Shown piece by piece: positions 22,648 through 30,877 of a stretch of 64,000 bases of DNA. The stretch lies in NCBI GenBank assembly GCA_022820945.1, contig JAJEEP010000040.1:47536-111535 (forward strand). Reading direction: 5' to 3'. Made by a program: the position numbers and the translations under genes. This DNA comes from Alphaproteobacteria bacterium. GTDB taxonomy: Bacteria; Pseudomonadota; Alphaproteobacteria; UBA828. Numbering within the stretch: position 1 is the stretch's first letter; every line of letters starts with the position of its first letter. The notes under the pieces were generated by a model. It made no database searches and was not told where the DNA came from. It saw only the letters and a program-made list of their open reading frames with translations.

Positions 22648-23640
22648 ATGAGCGATCAGTCCGACCTGTCGAAGCCGTTGAAGACCTGGAGTCATCTCGC
22701 CGGCAAGCGGCGGCGGCCGAGCGAGTACGAGATCGTCTCGACCAATCTGCTCTGGAGCACCGACGACGAGATGCCGTGGGCCCTCTCGCCCGACATCGAC
22801 ATGAACAAGTGGTATCTCCGATACCGCAACAACTCGCCGCTCAAGCACGACGACTGGGACGCGTTCCGCGACCCCGATGAGCTGGTCTATCGCTCCTACA
22901 ACGTCATGCAGGACGGACACGAGACCTATGTGGACGGGCTGATCCGCGACCACGCCAAGAACGATCACGACAAGGGATTGGGTGCGGACTGGGTGGCGGC
23001 GTTGGCGCGGTTCTACACGCCGACGCGCTATCCGCTCCACTGCCTGCAGATGGGCTCCGCCTATCTGGTGCAGATGGTGCCGGCGAGCACGATCGAGAAC
23101 TGCGCGATGTTCCAGGCGGCCGACCAGCTCCGCTGGGTCTCGCGCGTGGCCTACCGCACGAAGGAGCTCGCCAACACACACGCCGATGCGGGCTTCGTCA
23201 GCGGCGAGCGCAAGGCGTGGGAGGAGGATGCCTGCTGGCAGGGCTTCCGCGAGCTGCTGGAGCGCGTCCTCGTCGCCTACGACTGGGCGGAGCATTTCGT
23301 CGCGCTCAACGTCGTCGCCAAGCCAGCGTTCGACGAGGCCTGCGTCCGTCAGCTAAACCGCGCGGCCCGGAGCAACGGCGACACGCTGCTCGCCCAGATG
23401 CTCGACGCGCAGTGGGAAGACTGCGAGCGCTCGAGGCATTGGACTCAGGCGCTCGTCGAGTTCGCAGGCGCGGCCGAGGGCAATGCTGAGGTCATGGCGG
23501 ACTGGGTCGCGACGTGGGCGCCCTTGGGCGATGCCGCCATCGACGCTTACTGCGCCGCGCTGCCGGACAATGCAGGAGCTGCAGACGAGGCGAAGGGCGC
23601 GGCGAGTGCCTTCCGCGCTTCGCTGGGCTTCACGGCCTGA
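22648..23640 (+). CDS. tmoE: second, orphan soluble di-iron monooxygenase beta subunit
   Basis: KPLKTWSHLA..RRRPSEYEIVS, SPLKHDDWDAFRDPD.LVYR.YN.MQDG.E.YV, PASTI.NCA.FQAAD.LRW, WQGFRELLE. Start placed at ATG 22648. Confidence 0.92.
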   Translation: MSDQSDLSKPLKTWSHLAGKRRRPSEYEIVSTNLLWSTDDEMPWALSPDIDMNKWYLRYRNNSPLKHDDWDAFRDPDELVYRSYNVMQDGHETYVDGLIRDHAKNDHDKGLGADWVAALARFYTPTRYPLHCLQMGSAYLVQMVPASTIENCAMFQAADQLRWVSRVAYRTKELANTHADAGFVSGERKAWEEDACWQGFRELLERVLVAYDWAEHFVALNVVAKPAFDEACVRQLNRAARSNGDTLLAQMLDAQWEDCERSRHWTQALVEFAGAAEGNAEVMADWVATWAPLGDAAIDAYCAALPDNAGAADEAKGAASAFRASLGFTA

Positions 23641-23678
23641 GACGCGCCCGCGCGGGCAGAATTCTTTGGAGGGATGAC

Positions 23679-24878
23679 ATGCGCAACGTGATGATCGGCG
23701 GGACCGGCATGACCCGGTTCGGCAAGTTCCTTGATACGAATCTGCGCGCGCTCGCTGCCGAGGCAGCGACGGCGGCGCTTGCCGATGCGGACACCTCGGC
23801 CGACGAGGTCGGCATGGTCTTCTTCGGCAACGCGGCAGGCGGGCTCCTGAGCGCGCAGGAATGCGTGCGCGGCCAGGTGGCGCTCCGCCATTCCGGCCTG
23901 CTGGGCAAGCCGATCGTCAATGTCGAGAACGCCTGCGCGTCGTCGTCCACCGCGTTTCATCTGGCGGTGCTGGCCGTGGGCTCCGGCCAGTGCGACGTGG
24001 CGCTTGCGGTGGGCGCCGAGAAGATGAGCAACGAAGACAGGACCGTGCCGATCAAGGCGCTGGAGGCGGCGGCGGACCGCGACGAGTTCGAGGAGCTGAA
24101 GAAACGGATCGCCCCGGAAGGCGCCGGCACGGGCTCGGTCTTCATGGACCTCTATTCGAGCCTCGCACGGGACTATGCGGAGCAGACCGGCGCGACCGCT
24201 GCCGACTACGCCCGCGTCTCGGTCAAGCAGCGGCGCGCGGGTGCGCTTAACGAGAAGGCGCAGTTCCAGGAGGAGGTCACGCTGGAGGACGTGCTGGAGA
24301 GCCGCATGATCGCGGAGCCGCTGACGCTGATGATGTGCTCCTCGATCGGCGATGGTGCCGCCGCCCTGGTGCTGATGAGCGAGGGCTACGCCGAGCGCAA
24401 GGCGGCCCACCCGGTCGCGGTGCTGGCGAGCGCGCTGCGCTCCGGGCAGGGCGACGACCCCGAGGCGCATCCGGTCGCTCAGGCTGCAGCCACGGCGGCC
24501 TACGAGACGGCGGGGCTCGGACCCGAAGACCTCAGCGTGGCCGAGATTCATGACGCTGCGGCACCGGCGGAGCTGATGCTCTCGGAGCAGCTCGGTTTTT
24601 GCCGGCCTGGCGATGCCGTCGGCCTGCTGCGGGACGGTGTTACCGCGCTCGACGGGCGCATGCCGATCAACCCGAGCGGCGGGCTGCTCAGCAAGGGACA
24701 CCCCATCGGTGCGACCGGCGCGGCGCAGCTCGTCGAGCTGGCCGACCAGATGCGCGGGCGCTCCGGCGCGCGCCAGAAGGAAGGCGCACGCTTCGGCCTT
24801 GCCGAGAACGCCGGCGGCTGGATCGGCGCGGACGCTGCTGCCGCCTGTGTCACCATCCTGGGCTCGACCAGGCACTAG
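23679..24878 (+). CDS. thiolase-family protein (SCP2/archaeal-type branch)
   Basis: GMTRFGK, NVENACASSS, VGAEKM, CS.IGDGAAA, EIHDA, INPSGGLLSKGHPIGATG, ENAGG. Confidence 0.9.
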   Translation: MRNVMIGGTGMTRFGKFLDTNLRALAAEAATAALADADTSADEVGMVFFGNAAGGLLSAQECVRGQVALRHSGLLGKPIVNVENACASSSTAFHLAVLAVGSGQCDVALAVGAEKMSNEDRTVPIKALEAAADRDEFEELKKRIAPEGAGTGSVFMDLYSSLARDYAEQTGATAADYARVSVKQRRAGALNEKAQFQEEVTLEDVLESRMIAEPLTLMMCSSIGDGAAALVLMSEGYAERKAAHPVAVLASALRSGQGDDPEAHPVAQAAATAAYETAGLGPEDLSVAEIHDAAAPAELMLSEQLGFCRPGDAVGLLRDGVTALDGRMPINPSGGLLSKGHPIGATGAAQLVELADQMRGRSGARQKEGARFGLAENAGGWIGADAAAACVTILGSTRH

Positions 24879-24940
24879 CGCGGCGGCCTCGAGAGGGCAG
24901 AACCAGAAGGGACCGGGCCGTCAGGCCCGGAGCGCGCGAC

Positions 24941-24991
24941 CGCCCGGCGATTGAGGGAAGCTGTTAAACCAGCGCCCGGCGATTGAGGGAA
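24941..24991. repeat. 19-bp direct repeat pair in the thiolase-hydratase spacer
   Basis: CGCCCGGCGATTGAGGGAA at 24941-24959 and 24973-24991, perfect match, period 32 bp. Confidence 0.85.
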
Positions 24992-25011
24992 ATGAAAAAG
25001 AGGAGAAGGGC

Positions 25012-25794
25012 ATGAGCGAGAACGCCGTGCTGGTCGAGACCGCGGGCAGGGCAGGGGTCATCACCATCAACCGGCCGGAACGGCTGAACGCGCTCGACGT
25101 GCCGACCTGCGGCGCCCTCGACGACGCCGTGAGCCAGGTGGAGGCGGACGAGGCGGTGCGGGTCGTGGTGTTCACCGGCGCGGGCCGCGCGTTCGTGGCC
25201 GGTGGCGATATCGCCGATCTCGACTCGCGCCGGGGCCTCGCACACTACGAGGAGTTCGCGGCGCCGATCCACCGGCTCTTCCGCCGGATCGAGACCCTGG
25301 ACAAGCCCACCATCGCGGCCGTCAACGGCTTCGCGCTCGGCGGCGGCGCGGAGCTCATGCTCTCCACTGACATCCGGGTGCTTTCGTCGGCGGCGAAGAT
25401 CGGCGTGCCCGAGATCAATCTCGGGCTCTTCCCCGGCGCCGGCGGCTCGCAGCGCCTGATCCGCCAGATTCCGCTCTGTCGCGCCAAGGAGATGATGTTC
25501 ACCGGCGCGCCCATTGGCGCGGAGGAGGCGGTGACGCTCGGCCTCGCCAACCGGGTGGTCGATCCCGAGGCGCTGATGGAGGGGGCGCTCGCGCTCGCCG
25601 AGAGGATCGCGGACAAGTCGCCGCTCGTGCTGCGCCTGCTCAAGCGCACCATCGATGCCGGCGCCGACATGCCGCTGCCGGCGGCGCTCGCCCACGAGCA
25701 GGCTATGATCTCACTGGTGCTCGACAGCGAGGACGCGCACGAGGGCTGCCAGGCGTTCCTGGAGAAGCGCAAGGCCAGCTTCAAGGGCGCCTGA
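25012..25794 (+). CDS. enoyl-CoA hydratase/isomerase
   Basis: INRPERLNAL, AFVAGGDI, KPTIAAVNGFALGGGAEL, PEINLG.FPGAGGSQRL (both catalytic Glu present), EG..AFLEKR. Confidence 0.94.
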   Translation: MSENAVLVETAGRAGVITINRPERLNALDVPTCGALDDAVSQVEADEAVRVVVFTGAGRAFVAGGDIADLDSRRGLAHYEEFAAPIHRLFRRIETLDKPTIAAVNGFALGGGAELMLSTDIRVLSSAAKIGVPEINLGLFPGAGGSQRLIRQIPLCRAKEMMFTGAPIGAEEAVTLGLANRVVDPEALMEGALALAERIADKSPLVLRLLKRTIDAGADMPLPAALAHEQAMISLVLDSEDAHEGCQAFLEKRKASFKGA

Positions 25795-25797
25795 GCG

Positions 25798-26970
25798 GTG
25801 GAGGTCCAGCTCACGGAAGAACAGACGCTGATGCTCGAGACGGCGCGGCGCATCGGCGCCGCGTACGGTCTCGACTATTGGCGGGCGCTGGACGAGCAGA
25901 GCGCCTACCCGAGCGCGATGTGGCAGGCGATCTGCGACGCGGGTTTTGGGGGCATCGCGCTGCCGGAGGAGCACGGCGGCGCCGGGCTCGGGATGCTCGA
26001 CCAGGCGCTGGTGATCGAGGCGCTGTGCGAGGCAGGCGCAGGCAGCACCCTCGCCCAGATCTTCATGGTGAACCCGATTTTTGGGGGTGTCGCCATCGCG
26101 CGCTACGGCACGGAGGCGATGCGGCGCGATCTGCTGCCGCCCCTCATCGCGGGCGACATCCAGTGCTGCATGGCGCTCACCGAGCCCGACGCCGGCACCA
26201 ACAGCCTGGAACTCCGCACCTTCGCTGAGGCCCACGGCAACGGCTGGCGCCTCAACGGCCGGAAGATCTGGATCTCGGCAGTGCCGACGGCGGACAAGAT
26301 GCTGGTCGTGGCGCGCACCAAGAAGGTAGAGGAGTCGCAACGCCGCACCGACGGCATCTCGCTCTTCCTCGTTGACGTGGAGCGCGAAGGGCTGACCCAC
26401 TCCACCATCGAGAAGGCAGGCACTCACTGCGTGCCGGCGAGCAATGTCTATTTCGAGAACACGCCTGTGGCCGGCGACGAGCTGGTCGGCACGCTCCACG
26501 GCGGCTGGAAGGAACTGCTGGACGTGCTCAACACCGAGCGTATCGTCACCACCGCCGGCCTCGTCGGCGCGATGCGGCTCGCGCTCCGGCTCGCGGTCGA
26601 CTACGCCAACGAGCGCCGCGTCTTCGGCGACCGGCCGATCGCCTCATACCAGGGGCTGCAGTTCCCGCTCGCCCAGGCCAAGGCGGAGATCGAGTGCGCC
26701 GCGGTGATGAACCACAAGGCGGCCGCCCTGCACGATGCCGGCCTGCCCTACGGCGCGGAGGCCAACATGGCCAAGCTCATCGCCGCGCAGGCGGCAGCCG
26801 AGGGGCTTGAGCGTGCGATGCAGACCATGGGCGGCATGGGCTACGCGAAGGAGATGCACCTGGAGCGGCTCTGGCGCGACGCGCGGCTCTTCCGCTTCGC
26901 GCCCGTCTCGGAGGAGATGATCCTCAACTACATCGCCGTGCACGACCTCGGCATGGCGCGAGGGTATTGA
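25798..26970 (+). CDS. acyl-CoA dehydrogenase family protein
   Basis: PEEHGGAG, ALTEPDAGT, LNGRKIWIS, LNTER, YA.ER.VF, QGLQF, QTMGGMGY..E...ER.WRDAR. Confidence 0.93.
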   Translation: MEVQLTEEQTLMLETARRIGAAYGLDYWRALDEQSAYPSAMWQAICDAGFGGIALPEEHGGAGLGMLDQALVIEALCEAGAGSTLAQIFMVNPIFGGVAIARYGTEAMRRDLLPPLIAGDIQCCMALTEPDAGTNSLELRTFAEAHGNGWRLNGRKIWISAVPTADKMLVVARTKKVEESQRRTDGISLFLVDVEREGLTHSTIEKAGTHCVPASNVYFENTPVAGDELVGTLHGGWKELLDVLNTERIVTTAGLVGAMRLALRLAVDYANERRVFGDRPIASYQGLQFPLAQAKAEIECAAVMNHKAAALHDAGLPYGAEANMAKLIAAQAAAEGLERAMQTMGGMGYAKEMHLERLWRDARLFRFAPVSEEMILNYIAVHDLGMARGY

Positions 26971-27125
26971 AGGGCGACGGCTAGTCTTACAAGCAGCGGG
27001 GCAACGAAGGCACCCCCACCTTGTATCTCGTCCACTCGCCGTCGGGGTTATTGTGATGGCGTTGGACGCGCGCGGGAGACCGATCCCGGTCTCGACATCG
27101 ACGCGAGCCAATCAGGGAGGCACCC

Positions 27126-28139
27126 ATGCGCATCTACAACTACAAGAAGGGGGCAGCGCGCCGGCTCGCGGTCGGGGATGACAATGAGCTGGTCGACCCG
27201 ATCGACGCGCTGGGCGGTCAGCGCAAGCTCACTGCGCGGGACCGCGACGCGCTCGCCGACACGATCTCCTTCATCGAATCCGGGGATTGGGGCTTGCACC
27301 TCGCGCGCAAGGCAATCCGCGAAAGCCGCGGCAGCGGCAACGGCCGCCGCAGCCTGGCCCGCGCCACGCTGTTCGCGCCCGTCGAGCCCGCGGTCATCCT
27401 GTGTTCGGGAGAGAACTACTGGGACCATCGGGACGAGAAGCCGGTGGTCGAGGGCAAGGAACCCGAGTTCTTCATCAAGCTCCAGCAATGCGCCAACGGC
27501 CCGTACGACGACATCGTCTACGAGCCGAAGATCACCGGGAAGCTGGACTATGAAACCGAGCTTGCGATCGTCATCGGCAAGGGCGGGCGCCACATCGCCA
27601 AGAGGGATGCGATGAAGCACATATTCGGCTTCACCGTCATGAACGACGTCACGGCCCGGGACCGGCAGGTCAAGATGCGGCCCGACGGCACCTCGCAATA
27701 CGCGCTCGGCCCAGGCAAGAACTTCGATACCTCCGCGCCGCTCGGCCCCTGCATCGTCACGACAGACGAGCTCGGCAACCCACAGAAGCTGGCGCTCCGC
27801 ACCTGGGTCAACGACGAGCTGCGCCAGAACAACACCACCGCCATGATGATCTGGAACGTCCGGGAGCTGGTCCATTTCTTTTCGGGCTTCGTTACGCTCA
27901 AACCGGGTTCGGTGATTTCGACGGGCACGCCGGGCGGAACCGCGTGGGGAACCGATCCCGAGCTGGGCGGGCGCGGTGCCCGGACCGAACGCGAGGACAT
28001 CGAGCTTGCCGGGGGCTATCTCAAGGTCGGCGATGTGGTCACCAGTGAGATCGAAGGCATCGGCCGCCTGCGCGCCAGGGTCGTGCGACCCAGGCGTTCG
28101 CGGAGAAAGGTCTCGTCCAGAATCAAGCAAAGTCCGTGA
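27126..28139 (+). CDS. fumarylacetoacetate hydrolase (FAH) family protein
   Basis: C.G.NY.DH, PEFFIK, LDYETEL, NDVTARD.Q, GKNFDT..PLGP, TLKPG.VISTGTPGG. Confidence 0.92.
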   Translation: MRIYNYKKGAARRLAVGDDNELVDPIDALGGQRKLTARDRDALADTISFIESGDWGLHLARKAIRESRGSGNGRRSLARATLFAPVEPAVILCSGENYWDHRDEKPVVEGKEPEFFIKLQQCANGPYDDIVYEPKITGKLDYETELAIVIGKGGRHIAKRDAMKHIFGFTVMNDVTARDRQVKMRPDGTSQYALGPGKNFDTSAPLGPCIVTTDELGNPQKLALRTWVNDELRQNNTTAMMIWNVRELVHFFSGFVTLKPGSVISTGTPGGTAWGTDPELGGRGARTEREDIELAGGYLKVGDVVTSEIEGIGRLRARVVRPRRSRRKVSSRIKQSP

Positions 28140-28242
28140 GTTATCGTTCCAATCGGCATCCAACCTATGGGCCGAGCGACAGCCATGGTCGGCCTGTACC
28201 GACCGTGACAAGTGAGAGGACGGGAGAGGGTGCCGCTCTCCC

Positions 28243-29001
28243 TCAGTTCACATTCGCGGCCTCGCCCAGGGTCGGGCCGATTTCGCGGTTTATGACGAGG
28301 TCGGCGATGCCGTCGAGGTCGGTGGGTTCGCGGTTCAGGATGACGAGGGTGGAGCCGGATTGCTTGGCGAGCACAGGCAGCCCGGCGGCGGGATAGACGA
28401 CGAGCGACGAGCCGATGGCGAGGAAGAGGTCGCAGGCAAGCGTCTCGCGCTTCGCGCGCTCCATCTCGTCCTCCGGCATCGCTTGTCCGAAGGAGATCGT
28501 CGCCGTCTTGACCGGCGCTCCGCAGAGCGTGCAGACGGGCGGCACGGAGTCCCTCTCGAACGCCTCCTTGATCGGAGCAAGCTCGTAGCGGGTCTCGCAG
28601 GCAACGCATTTCGCATAGCTACCGTTGCCGTGGAGCTCGATCACCTTCTCCTCCGGCGCGCCCGAATCCTGGTGCAGGTTGTCGATGTTCTGGGTGATCA
28701 CGCTTGAGACCTTGCCGGTTCGGACCAGCTTGGCGACCGCCCGGTGCCCGCGGTTGGGCGTGGCGTCGACGATGTCCCGGTCGACCAGCAACTTGCGCCG
28801 CCAGGCCTCGATGCGCGCCTCCTCGGAGGCGAGGAACTCCTGGTAATAGATCGGCGTGGTCTGCGACCAGATGCCGCTCGGGCTGCGGAAGTCCGGGATG
28901 CCCGACTCTGTCGATATCCCGGCGCCGGTAAAGACGACCGCCCGGCGCGCGTCCGCGATCATCCCGGCGAGGCGCTCGATATCGGCGCGGGCGTCCTCCA
29001 T
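28243..29001 (-). CDS. cobB: Sir2-family NAD-dependent protein deacylase (CobB-like)
   Basis: TGAGISTESGIPDFR, ITQNIDNLH, ELHG, CVAC...CTLC zinc motif, GSSLVVYPAA, LNRE.T. Confidence 0.92.
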   Translation of the reverse strand: MEDARADIERLAGMIADARRAVVFTGAGISTESGIPDFRSPSGIWSQTTPIYYQEFLASEEARIEAWRRKLLVDRDIVDATPNRGHRAVAKLVRTGKVSSVITQNIDNLHQDSGAPEEKVIELHGNGSYAKCVACETRYELAPIKEAFERDSVPPVCTLCGAPVKTATISFGQAMPEDEMERAKRETLACDLFLAIGSSLVVYPAAGLPVLAKQSGSTLVILNREPTDLDGIADLVINREIGPTLGEAANVN

Positions 29002-29168
29002 CTCAGCCGCGCTCCGGGGCAGCCACGTCTCAGTCTCCCTCAGTGCTATCGTCGGTCACGCGCTCAAGGAGGTCCAACTGGCAGGTCTCGTCAAGACCGG
29101 CATCAACTTCGGAATGATCGGCCTACCCCATTGAGTAGTCCAGTTTCAAAGTTGGTTGCGGCCTGTCG

Positions 29169-29191
29169 CCCGTCCGCCAAAGGCGGACGGG
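29169..29191. terminator. GC-rich hairpin immediately after the pip-like gene
   Basis: CCCGTCCGCC-AAA-GGCGGACGGG, perfect 10-bp stem; no clear U tract. Confidence 0.5.
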
Positions 29192-29193
29192 GT

Positions 29194-30057
29194 CTACCTG
29201 TGCTTCTCGAGGAAGGCGCCGACGGCGGCGTGGTAGCCCTCGGGGTTCTCCCAGAACGGCATGTGGGCACAGCCGGGGAAGAACGCGTACTCCGAGTTCG
29301 GCAGGTATTGGCAGGAGACGGCGCAAAGCTCCGGCAGGATGTAGTCGTGCTCGCTGGCGACGACCAGCACGGGCGTCGTCACGCGGTGCAGGTCGCCCAC
29401 GCGGTCGAACCACCGCAGCGTGCCGGTGCAGTTGAAGAGGTGCGGGCCGAACATGCGCCGGAGCGGGCCGTAGCCGATGTCGCCGAGGGACTTCTGCACC
29501 GGCTCGGGCCACGTTCCCATCCGGCACATGTGCCGGTAGAGCAGCATGGTCACGGCCGCCTGATATTCCGGGTGTTCGGTGGTGCCCTCGGATTCGCGCC
29601 GCGCCATCATGCGCACCGTCTCGTCGCCGAGGTTCTGCTTGCAGCGGACGAAGCCCTGCTGCACCTCGCGAAAGTCGTAGGCGATGCTGCTTGAGACGAA
29701 GCATTTCACGGTGTCCGGGTGGGCGAGGCAGTATTCTAGGCCGAGCATGCCGCCCCATGAGTTGCCGACCACGGCGATGCGGCCGAGGCCGAGGGCGTTG
29801 CGCACCGTCTCCATCTCCTCCACGTAGCGCTCCACGGTCCAGAGCGAATCGTCGTCCGGCCTGTCGGACTCGCCGCAGCCGAGCTGGTCCCACGAGACGA
29901 CGCGGTAGCCCTGCGCGGCGTAGCAGAGATGGGCATCGCGCACGTAATTCGAGGGCACGCCAGGCCCACCGTGGACCACCAGAATCACGTCGTCGCCCTC
30001 GCCTTCGCTGAAGGCGGTCACCGTGTGGTCGCCAACGCGCACCCGAATTCGCTCCAT
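29194..30057 (-). CDS. proline iminopeptidase / L-amino-acid amidase family alpha/beta hydrolase
   Basis: HGGPG, DQLGCGESD.P, nucleophile GNSWGG, EHDY acid, catalytic HMPFWE. Confidence 0.9.
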   Translation of the reverse strand: MERIRVRVGDHTVTAFSEGEGDDVILVVHGGPGVPSNYVRDAHLCYAAQGYRVVSWDQLGCGESDRPDDDSLWTVERYVEEMETVRNALGLGRIAVVGNSWGGMLGLEYCLAHPDTVKCFVSSSIAYDFREVQQGFVRCKQNLGDETVRMMARRESEGTTEHPEYQAAVTMLLYRHMCRMGTWPEPVQKSLGDIGYGPLRRMFGPHLFNCTGTLRWFDRVGDLHRVTTPVLVVASEHDYILPELCAVSCQYLPNSEYAFFPGCAHMPFWENPEGYHAAVGAFLEKHR

Positions 30058-30124
30058 TTCGCTCTCCCCGTCCGCTGTTGCGGCAACCCTGTGCTACGTT
30101 CGGCACGGGCAAGAGAAGCTGGCC

Positions 30125-30652
30125 GTGCGCGCAGCGTTCATCGATATCGACGGTACCCGCACACGCTATCTTTACGAAGGCGATGCAGGCGACACCCTGC
30201 CTCTCATCCACGGTTTCGGGCTGAGCGCCGACATCTGGGCGCACGTGCTCGACCCGCTGGCGGCGCACTTCTCCGTGTACGCGCCCGACATCCTCGGCCA
30301 CGGCTTCACCGACGTCAAAGACCCGGGCGCGGACTCCGCGCCGCTCGAGATGACCCGGCACCACGAAGGCTTCATGGACGCGGTGGGGGTCGAGCGCTAC
30401 GCCGTGCTCGGCAGCTCGCTCGGCGGTCTGCTGGCGCCGCTAATCTATGCCGCGCGGCCCGAGACCATCGCGGTGCCAACGCTCTTCCTCAGCGGTCGGC
30501 AGGACATCCGCGCGCCCATCGAGGTGATCGAGGAGAATTATCGGCGCGTTCCCGGTGCGGCGCTCAGCGTGTTCGAGGAGTGCGGTCACCTGCCCGAGGT
30601 AGAGCACCCCGAGAAATTCGTGGAGACCGTGATCGAATTTCTTCGGAGGTGA
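30125..30652 (+). pseudogene. alpha/beta hydrolase with an in-frame internal deletion of the cap region (pseudogene or minimal cap-less enzyme)
   Basis: IHGFG, PD.LGHG, GSSLGG, GRQD and GHLPEVE are present, but ARPET joins directly to IAVPTLFLSG; only 175 aa. Confidence 0.6.
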
Positions 30653-30670
30653 CCCCGCAGCATGGTGCGG

Positions 30671-30686
30671 TGCAAAGCACGCGCCG
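30671..30686 (-). promoter_or_regulatory. candidate sigma54 (-24/-12) promoter
   Basis: Minus strand CGGCGCGTGCTTTGCA against consensus TGGCACGnnnnTTGCW, with exact GG-N10-GC spacing. Confidence 0.45.
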
Positions 30687-30877
30687 GTTGCGTCAGCATC
30701 GCGCCATGCAGTGTGCAAACGAGCAAGCCGCGCAGGACGCCGACCGTCCCGCAGAATCCCACTTTGTCCCGCTTCCGCTTCAAGCCCCGCCCGCCTCGTG
30801 CGTGCTGCCCCATCTGGACCCTGCGCAGCCACGTGGCCATACTGGCGAAGCGCTGCCAGGGAGAAGGAGCCTCATCC

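Noticed and set aside
24941-24991. Mini CRISPR array
   Set aside because: Only two 19-bp units with a 13-bp spacer, and no cas genes in the window.
29002-29168. Short protein-like stretch VSVSLSAIVGHALKEVQLAGLVKTGINFGMIGLPH upstream of cobB
   Set aside because: No start or RBS and no family I can recognise; it may be a gene scrap but cannot be supported.
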